NCBI GenBank assembly: GCA_000002435.2
Contig: CM018791.1
Source of the DNA: Giardia intestinalis
Lineage: Eukaryota
Length of the DNA: 64,000 nt
Direction: 5' to 3' (one strand)
Notes under the pieces: model-generated
The model's database searches: none
Seen by the model: the letters and a program-made list of their open reading frames with translations, nothing else
What the model was told of the DNA's origin: nothing
Program-made: the position numbers and the translations under genes
In this document: in pieces, positions 58,229 through 64,000 of the stretch
How positions within the stretch are numbered: position 1 is the first letter of the stretch
Layout of the letters: each line of letters starts with the position of its first letter

Positions 58229-60832
58229 ATGTCTAAAGCAGCTACTGCGCCGTCGGTTTCGGAAGATAAGAGCATAGTGCAGCATTCTACCTTCAGAGCG
58301 TCCCCCTTTCATAAGCGACAACGTAGAGAAAGCATTCTAACTATGTTAGCAATACTATATATGGATGCTGGTAAAATCTTGTTATACCTTCTTCTCAAGA
58401 TACTCCAGAGCATCCTCTCTTTTTGGTACATGTCTACCCTGTCAATCACAATTAATGCATACGCAATTGCATCTCAAAATACCGGATTTTATAGATTGAC
58501 GCGGCGGCATATACATCAGGAATATTTTAAAACATTTGAGGAGGGCTACCGTGCTGGGTTCTCATGGTTAGTGTATCGCATGATTGACAGATTTCTAAAT
58601 CAAAAATCCCTAGCTGTCCATCTAAGCAATGAGGTCGTCGAGAACCCATTCGGTGACACAGTATGTGGCATGGAACACGCCCTAGTGTACATGTGTGTGC
58701 AGTTTTTCATCTTGTCGTTTTGGTCATTTTGTTACTCTATCTTGCAGGCGTATATTCAGCGTATATCGAACGTGATAAAGGACATTATCAACAATCGGAT
58801 TTACATATCCTTTCTTTCTGTCCTCCTAACTCGTCACCTTTCTCAGCCGTACCAACAGCTGGAGCAAGAGTCTTCAGGCGAGCGCGCATCCACCCTGAAC
58901 GAGTACTCTCAGACCATGGCGAATCTCATAACGGGTCTACTTGAGAAGGCCATTCCATCTGTCAGTTACTTCTTAATAATGCTAGTGACGACTCTTTTAA
59001 GAGAAAAGCCGTCCTTGAATAGCCTAAATGACGAGAAGACTAACGTAGCCAACAGAAAACCGAAAAGAAAGGATTCCAAAAAGCCTCAGTTTTCTTCTAT
59101 TGCCTCCACAATCCATGACAGACACGCCCTTGCACTAATACTTATTGCCCTGTTACCGGTTCCTTTTAACGTCTTTGTGGTTGCCTCCGTGGAGCGCCAA
59201 AGGTTTGCGCTCAGTTCTTCCCGCAACTCTGCTAAGATGCAGTCTGTTGCCCTGCTAACCGAAGTAACTTCGCGCTATAGGCTAATAAAGCTGTATGACG
59301 CTGTCTCCTATGAAATAAGTAATGTATGTAAGCTAATGCACAAGTTCAAAAGCGTTGACATTGTCAACATTCTTTTGAGAAGCACGTCTAGAAAGGTTAA
59401 GAGCCTCACTAAAAGGTACACGTCGTCGGTTCTAACCCTGGGATCGGCTATTTATTTATCGCTAAACATCCTAAGCTACAGGCAAATCCAGCAGATAAGA
59501 TACATAGTAAGCACAGTCACAACCCAGATAACAAAGTTATTAGAAATCCCTGGAGTAATAGTAGACATTCACGAGCACTTTGGTGTGATTATTAAGGAAC
59601 TATCGAAACCCCAAGAAGCGGGACTATCAAGTGATAACACTGTTGGGTTTGCGGCCACGTGTGCATACTTACAACAGCATTGGACGGATATTACTAGATC
59701 CTCTTGTAAAGCTGATTCTTCCTTCAGTTTGAAGGCTTGGACTAGGAGCTTCTTTAAGAGAGCAGCTTGCTACATCAATATCGGTATTATTAAAATCATT
59801 CCACCGGTGTTCCGTTACAAGTATCCAGCTAGTCTTGTGACCTCAACAAGTCCGGATATCAATGAAAGGATGTATGTGCAGGAGCTCATGGCTGAATCAC
59901 AACAGTACGTCACCTTGCAAGAGCCTTTCCCTTTAACTCGGCCCATTCAGCCATGTACTCCCACATCTATAGAATTCCGAGACGTCTGCTTTTCTTACAA
60001 AACGGGCTGTGATATTTTGCATGGCCTGACCCTGTCTGTTCATCCCGGCCAGAAGGTTGCTATCGTGGGGAGGTCTGGGATCGGCAAGTCCACGATCATC
60101 AACCTCTTGACGCGGCTATACACCACACCCCAGCCTCAGGACACTTCGTCGCCCGGAATCTATCTCAATGGCAGGGCTATAGGGTCCATCCCACGCGAGG
60201 AGCTACGGAGGCTTATAACAGTCGTCCCGCAGGATAACATACTCATCAGGGGCTCTGCCACGGACAACATCGCCTATGGACAGCCTCGCAAGCTCCCGGG
60301 CTCCCACGCAGAAGAGGAGCAGAGGCGCTACATCCGAGAAGTCATTCGGCTATGCTACGAGGCTTCCCGTGTCGCTGCGGCTGAAGAGCTCCTGGGAGAT
60401 GCACCATACAGTGGAACTCTGCAGGGCCTTTCTGGGGGACAACGCCAACGGGTAGGAATTGCCAGAGCTGTCGCACGTGGAGGCAGCGTTCTTGTGCTCG
60501 ACGAGGCGACGTCGGCACTCGACGAAGAGACAGAGAAGCGGGTCCTCCAACAGCTATTCCGCTCACTGGACCGCAACCAGAGCGTCGTCATTATCAGTCA
60601 CAGACTCTCCACTCTCAGGCATGTCGACCTGATTTATATTCTAGATAATCCAGATGGCAGTGGAGCGCGCGTGGTAGAGTCAGGCTCGTACGACTGGTTC
60701 GTTGCCGAAAGCCAATATCTGAAGGATGCAGGCCAGGATATCTCTGACCTTGTGAGTAACTGTGGCTGTAGCAGCGCAGGTGTTACCCCAGGCTTCTCCC
60801 ATGCAACTCTTGATGCAAAGGGGGATCTGTAG
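58229..60832 (+). CDS. ABC transporter, half-transporter type (TMD-NBD), about 867 aa
   Basis: Walker A is GRSGIGKST, the ABC signature is LSGGQRQRVGIARAV, and Walker B is VLVLDEATSALD. An N-terminal multi-helix membrane domain precedes them. The ORF-track start at 57998 would overlap the opposite-strand 613-aa gene, so I moved the start to the first ATG after that gene's start (58229, MSKAATAPS...). Confidence 0.85.
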   Translation: MSKAATAPSVSEDKSIVQHSTFRASPFHKRQRRESILTMLAILYMDAGKILLYLLLKILQSILSFWYMSTLSITINAYAIASQNTGFYRLTRRHIHQEYFKTFEEGYRAGFSWLVYRMIDRFLNQKSLAVHLSNEVVENPFGDTVCGMEHALVYMCVQFFILSFWSFCYSILQAYIQRISNVIKDIINNRIYISFLSVLLTRHLSQPYQQLEQESSGERASTLNEYSQTMANLITGLLEKAIPSVSYFLIMLVTTLLREKPSLNSLNDEKTNVANRKPKRKDSKKPQFSSIASTIHDRHALALILIALLPVPFNVFVVASVERQRFALSSSRNSAKMQSVALLTEVTSRYRLIKLYDAVSYEISNVCKLMHKFKSVDIVNILLRSTSRKVKSLTKRYTSSVLTLGSAIYLSLNILSYRQIQQIRYIVSTVTTQITKLLEIPGVIVDIHEHFGVIIKELSKPQEAGLSSDNTVGFAATCAYLQQHWTDITRSSCKADSSFSLKAWTRSFFKRAACYINIGIIKIIPPVFRYKYPASLVTSTSPDINERMYVQELMAESQQYVTLQEPFPLTRPIQPCTPTSIEFRDVCFSYKTGCDILHGLTLSVHPGQKVAIVGRSGIGKSTIINLLTRLYTTPQPQDTSSPGIYLNGRAIGSIPREELRRLITVVPQDNILIRGSATDNIAYGQPRKLPGSHAEEEQRRYIREVIRLCYEASRVAAAEELLGDAPYSGTLQGLSGGQRQRVGIARAVARGGSVLVLDEATSALDEETEKRVLQQLFRSLDRNQSVVIISHRLSTLRHVDLIYILDNPDGSGARVVESGSYDWFVAESQYLKDAGQDISDLVSNCGCSSAGVTPGFSHATLDAKGDL

Positions 60833-60982
60833 AAACAAAGCACACCTGGTGGCGAAGACGAGTAAAATAAAAATGCCAGCAAATGAACACTGCGCAGATC
60901 TGATTTCTCGCCTGTTATATTTGCGCTCCCCACAAGCTCTGTACATAAATAGACGCGTCGAAGAGCGGTCTACATAAGACAG

Positions 60983-61552
60983 TTGATAAATAAAATTTTG
61001 TTGTGGGCTGACACGCATTCACCCTTTTTGTTGAAGCCTAATGATAGCAATAATCATAATTTGTACCTTGTAAAGAGTGCTTCGTCCCTGTCTAAGCTCT
61101 ATCCTGAGTTGCAGGATGAGGCAGAACGACGCAAGGCACAGGAGGTCGGCGAGGCCTCTACCGCCGATGTCGATCTGCTGCACTGCAACAGCATCTATCT
61201 GATGGAGCAGTACATACCCCACAGTGCGGTGTTCAAACTATACACATATCGAGGCATGATTATCCACACAGACTTTCGTGCTCCACTTCGTCTCCCAGAA
61301 GCCTTTCATCCAGGAGGATTGTACGAAGCATACGGAGCTTGTGACACTTCGGAGGCTAGTTACCGGAAGATAAATTCACAAACGTGTCTGGAGATCCAGA
61401 CCAGCATCGCATATGCTCCGACTCCCGTGGAATGGCGCCTGGTCCAGAGCGTTGCCCAGCTGATTTACACCTCGCTGGGATTGTCCATACTGGGGATTGA
61501 TGCTCTTTTCGTTTTAATTTCATACAATCGATTTCACTTTATTTTGACCTGA
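60983..61552 (+). CDS. ITPK1-like (inositol-tris/tetrakisphosphate kinase) ATP-grasp domain fragment; lacks the N-terminal domain and a proper ATG (frame opens after a stop at 60950, first ATG only at 61202), so probably a truncated gene or pseudogene
   Basis: From the TTG at 60983, the frame encodes LLKPNDSNNHNLYLV, which matches the ITPK1 KP...SH.LFLV block. It also encodes LMEQYIPHSAVFKLYTYRG, which matches QEFINH.AVL.KV.V.G. RAPL matches RPSL. GLSILGIDALF...YNRF matches GLSLFG(I/F)D.I..N. There is no room upstream for the roughly 150-aa N-terminal domain, because the ABC-transporter stop is at 60832. Confidence 0.4.
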   Translation: MINKILLWADTHSPFLLKPNDSNNHNLYLVKSASSLSKLYPELQDEAERRKAQEVGEASTADVDLLHCNSIYLMEQYIPHSAVFKLYTYRGMIIHTDFRAPLRLPEAFHPGGLYEAYGACDTSEASYRKINSQTCLEIQTSIAYAPTPVEWRLVQSVAQLIYTSLGLSILGIDALFVLISYNRFHFILT

Positions 61553-61635
61553 GAAACATAGATAGATTGGTTTAAAAAATATTTATTTTGAATTTGCCTT
61601 TTGATCAAGTACACGTCAAAGATAGTATATGGATT

Positions 61636-61649
61636 ATATTTAATTAAAA
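61636..61649 (+). promoter_or_regulatory. AT-rich initiator-like element (atatttaattaaaa) immediately upstream of the ATG at 61650
   Basis: AT-rich stretches abutting the start codon recur at most genes in this window. Confidence 0.4.
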
Positions 61650-64000
61650 ATGAAACGATGCATTGCACGGCGAGAGCTTTTACCGGGGCCATTTTTGATT
61701 CCAATCGTAGTCTTTCCTTTTATTGTCCTATTATCCTCATTGAAATTCTTTGGCTTGAACTCCTCGCAGAAGAAGATCTTGCCACTTAGCGCATACTTTT
61801 TACTCATGATTCTCATGAGCTTTGTGGAGCTTGGAGCCCTGTCCTTCGCTTTCGCTCTGCTCCATTACGCCTTTTGCCAAAAGCTTCCTTTGCCACCAAT
61901 TTTCGTCAATCTTTTTTTGATTGTTATCTGCTTGGGGCTCTTTGCAGGAACTCTGTATGATCTTGAATCAGCGAGAGAATGTCAAACTATTTTCACACTG
62001 TCCGTACTCCAAACCTATGTCTTCCACGTTGCATATCCTTCCTGGCCACTTCCGGACAACTATATTGTTGGACGGAAAACATCTACTGAAGGAATGAAGG
62101 TTCTATTTGAAAGTATCCGACTCCATTACAAGCACTGGGCCATTATTTTCAGCATTATATCTGCTTTAATAGTAGCTACCATTATTACATTGGTAATGAA
62201 TTGGGACACCTTCGTTTTTTCTCTCTTTTCACGAAGAACGCTTGTGGCCCAGCACAAGCGCATTCCCGCTCGAGCAGACCTTGCAGATAAGAGCTTACGG
62301 GTTCTAAACAGCATCAGTGGGTTCTCTGTGAAGGCGCCTCCAGCAATCCATCAACTTACCAAATCAGTCCTGTTCTACTCTGAGCAAGCGATTACAAGTC
62401 AGTCCATTGAAATGCAGAAAGCCCAGACACTGTCTTCAGTTTCTGGACAGCACCAGAGCGAAGCCAGTGCCCTAGGGACGCGTATACTTGATGGAGTTGC
62501 AGTTTCAGAACGGCGAAAGTTCCCTGTCAAGCTCTACGATAACCTCTTCACTTCTCCAGAGTTCCTGGTTGCTGCCGTGTGCACTTTATTTTATATTATC
62601 ATCTTGCTTGTGATGATCGTCAGAAAGTCCGTACTCCCGACCTTCCTTGACAGGGGGGCTCCGATGTCGTACATATTTCTGAAGCAGATGGGGCCGTATC
62701 AAGCGTCGCTGTTCAGCACTGAAGATACCTATACCGCTATGGTCCAACGCATCCGGTCACAGTACACGCTGTCTCCAGAGGAGTGCTGGCTTGACCAGCG
62801 GGAGCCCCCCGTTTATCCTCTTCTCTACGCGTCCCACGATGTCTGCTGTGCGTATAACCGTGCCGTTGAGGGCGTGGACTGCACTGCGCTAAGATCAGGT
62901 CCTGCTGACCTGAAGCAAAAGATAAGGTCCGACCCCGGGCTTCAGTCTGACCCCCCAAACGTCGTCATTCTTTTCTGGGAAAGCTTGAGTCTGAGTCCGT
63001 ATTTCTACACAGACGCGTTCCTTCAGGGACAAGAGCAGCTCCTGCGCTCGGCAGATGGTATGCTGAAGGCAACTATCGTCCCTAACCTGCAGAGGTTCGT
63101 ACAAGATGGCATTTCCTTTGTTAATTCGGCCTCCTTGGGACTCCCCACAGTTTCTGGATGGCACTCGCTGATGACTGGCCTGGTCCCCAACTTCTATGGG
63201 GTGAATATGATCACATCTGCCGTCACAGATGTTTATGGGCTACCACAATTCTTTTCAGATGCAGGATATAAGAACTTCTATGTTAACTCTGGCTCGTTTA
63301 CTTTTGACGGACAAGATGCCTGGGTGACTCGCCCAGGTTGGTTTACTGATGTTGTATACTATTACCCAACAGACGAGCAGGCCGAGGAGCTTGGAGTGGA
63401 TCCAGAGAGTGTTCCTCAAACACAATCTTGGGTTGCAGATCGAATAACTAACCGACAGTTTATCACTACCTTCTCTGACGTTGCAGAGAAGGATCCGACC
63501 AAACCTATTCTGGGTGTTTACATGAACGTTGACACCCACACGCCCTTCACCGGGTTCGACAAGGAAGAGTTCTACTCCGACGAAGTACTGGATGGCATGA
63601 TTGCATCCTGCCAAGCCGATCCGGAGACCCCCGAGTGCAGGTTCCTGTTGGATCCGTACATTGTGAAGTACGCTCGGGTCCTAAAGTACTCCGACAAGTA
63701 CTTCCTCGGAAAGACCCTGGAGTTTCTAGAAGCTCATCATCCCAACACCATAGTCGTGATTGTCGGGGACCATGGCACGAGGGTCTCCATTGATAAGAAG
63801 CGTCTAAGAAAAGGCGTAAGTGATGCTTGGACATACAGCGAGGAGTGCCTTACAGCCGCATTTCTCGACGACAACGCCTTTGTTACGGGTGCATACCTAC
63901 GCTACCTCGGCGGCCCAGGAAAAGGCACCTACAACGCACGAGTGTATGACTTCTTTGAAAAGTGGAGAGGGACTGCTTATATGGGCACCACAGACAACCG
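61650..64000 (+). CDS. polytopic membrane protein with C-terminal alkaline-phosphatase-superfamily (sulfatase-fold) domain, LtaS/EptA/MdoB-type phosphotransferase-like; 5'-complete, 3'-partial (runs off window end), at least 783 aa
   Basis: I translated the whole frame by hand from ATG 61650, the first ATG after an in-frame TAA. There is no stop through 64000, and the ORF is absent from the track only because it has no in-window stop. Five or six N-terminal TM helices are followed by PNVVILFWESLSLSPYF. Then SASLGLPTVSGWHSLMTGLVPN has Thr at the position where sulfatases carry the Cys/Ser nucleophile (CTPSR...LTG). After that come YMNVDTHTPF and ...LEFLEAHHPNTIVVIVGDHGTRV (the GDHG motif). Confidence 0.7.
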   Translation, partial: MKRCIARRELLPGPFLIPIVVFPFIVLLSSLKFFGLNSSQKKILPLSAYFLLMILMSFVELGALSFAFALLHYAFCQKLPLPPIFVNLFLIVICLGLFAGTLYDLESARECQTIFTLSVLQTYVFHVAYPSWPLPDNYIVGRKTSTEGMKVLFESIRLHYKHWAIIFSIISALIVATIITLVMNWDTFVFSLFSRRTLVAQHKRIPARADLADKSLRVLNSISGFSVKAPPAIHQLTKSVLFYSEQAITSQSIEMQKAQTLSSVSGQHQSEASALGTRILDGVAVSERRKFPVKLYDNLFTSPEFLVAAVCTLFYIIILLVMIVRKSVLPTFLDRGAPMSYIFLKQMGPYQASLFSTEDTYTAMVQRIRSQYTLSPEECWLDQREPPVYPLLYASHDVCCAYNRAVEGVDCTALRSGPADLKQKIRSDPGLQSDPPNVVILFWESLSLSPYFYTDAFLQGQEQLLRSADGMLKATIVPNLQRFVQDGISFVNSASLGLPTVSGWHSLMTGLVPNFYGVNMITSAVTDVYGLPQFFSDAGYKNFYVNSGSFTFDGQDAWVTRPGWFTDVVYYYPTDEQAEELGVDPESVPQTQSWVADRITNRQFITTFSDVAEKDPTKPILGVYMNVDTHTPFTGFDKEEFYSDEVLDGMIASCQADPETPECRFLLDPYIVKYARVLKYSDKYFLGKTLEFLEAHHPNTIVVIVGDHGTRVSIDKKRLRKGVSDAWTYSEECLTAAFLDDNAFVTGAYLRYLGGPGKGTYNARVYDFFEKWRGTAYMGTTDN

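Noticed and set aside
60861-60867. AGTAAAA about 29 nt downstream of the ABC-transporter stop, and TGTAAAT downstream of NMT (31890-31896), as poly(A) signals
   Set aside because: Each differs from AGTRAAY at one position. They are plausible but too weak to annotate as features.
1-64000. Prokaryotic-style features (CRISPR arrays, operons, IS elements, integrases, tRNA or rRNA genes)
   Set aside because: There are no direct-repeat/spacer arrays, no transposase or integrase-like ORFs, and no tRNA-like T-arm/anticodon-arm signatures in the spacers. The window is eukaryotic, with ankyrin/NEK genes, BMS1, capping enzyme and NMT.

Overview
Eukaryotic, protist-type locus of about 64 kb with roughly 49-50% GC and an extremely compact, apparently intron-free gene arrangement on both strands. 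Divergent gene starts lie 15-70 bp apart and convergent gene ends lie 4-50 bp apart or even overlap. The ATGs are preceded by short AT-rich initiator-like stretches. Together with the gene content (three very large ankyrin-repeat proteins, two of them fused to degenerate NEK-type kinase domains, plus a cysteine-rich CXXC protein with a C-terminal membrane anchor and short basic tail), this looks like a diplomonad, most like Giardia. I cannot confirm the species without a database search. Recognisable housekeeping genes include the BMS1 ribosome-biogenesis GTPase, an mRNA-capping guanylyltransferase, N-myristoyltransferase, a tRNA-dihydrouridine synthase, an ABC half-transporter, a VAP-like MSP-domain protein, a SAPS-domain (PP6 regulatory-subunit-like) protein and a protein with cNMP-binding domains that could be a PKA regulatory subunit. 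The supplied ORF track needs two corrections. First, it uses non-ATG starts (GTG/TTG) for several ORFs, and I moved those to the first ATG. Second, it omits two long ORFs that run off the window edges: a minus-strand ORF over 1..4107 and a plus-strand ORF from 61650 to the window end. The most interesting item is that terminal plus-strand ORF. It encodes an N-terminal multi-pass membrane domain followed by an alkaline-phosphatase-superfamily domain, with a threonine at the usual nucleophile position and a GDHG motif. That architecture matches the bacterial LtaS/EptA/MdoB phosphotransferase type, which is not the usual arrangement for a eukaryotic gene, so it is a candidate lateral gene transfer. 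Just upstream sits a truncated ITPK1-like ATP-grasp fragment. Other notable items are a tandem pair of small paralogous coiled-coil proteins that share an N-terminal MSC(C/A)C cysteine cluster, two different 12-bp tandem repeats in promoter regions, an 18-bp perfect palindrome, a convergent 80-bp overlap between two coding sequences, and an unlisted 54-codon ORF. No rRNA, tRNA, CRISPR or transposon signatures were recognised.
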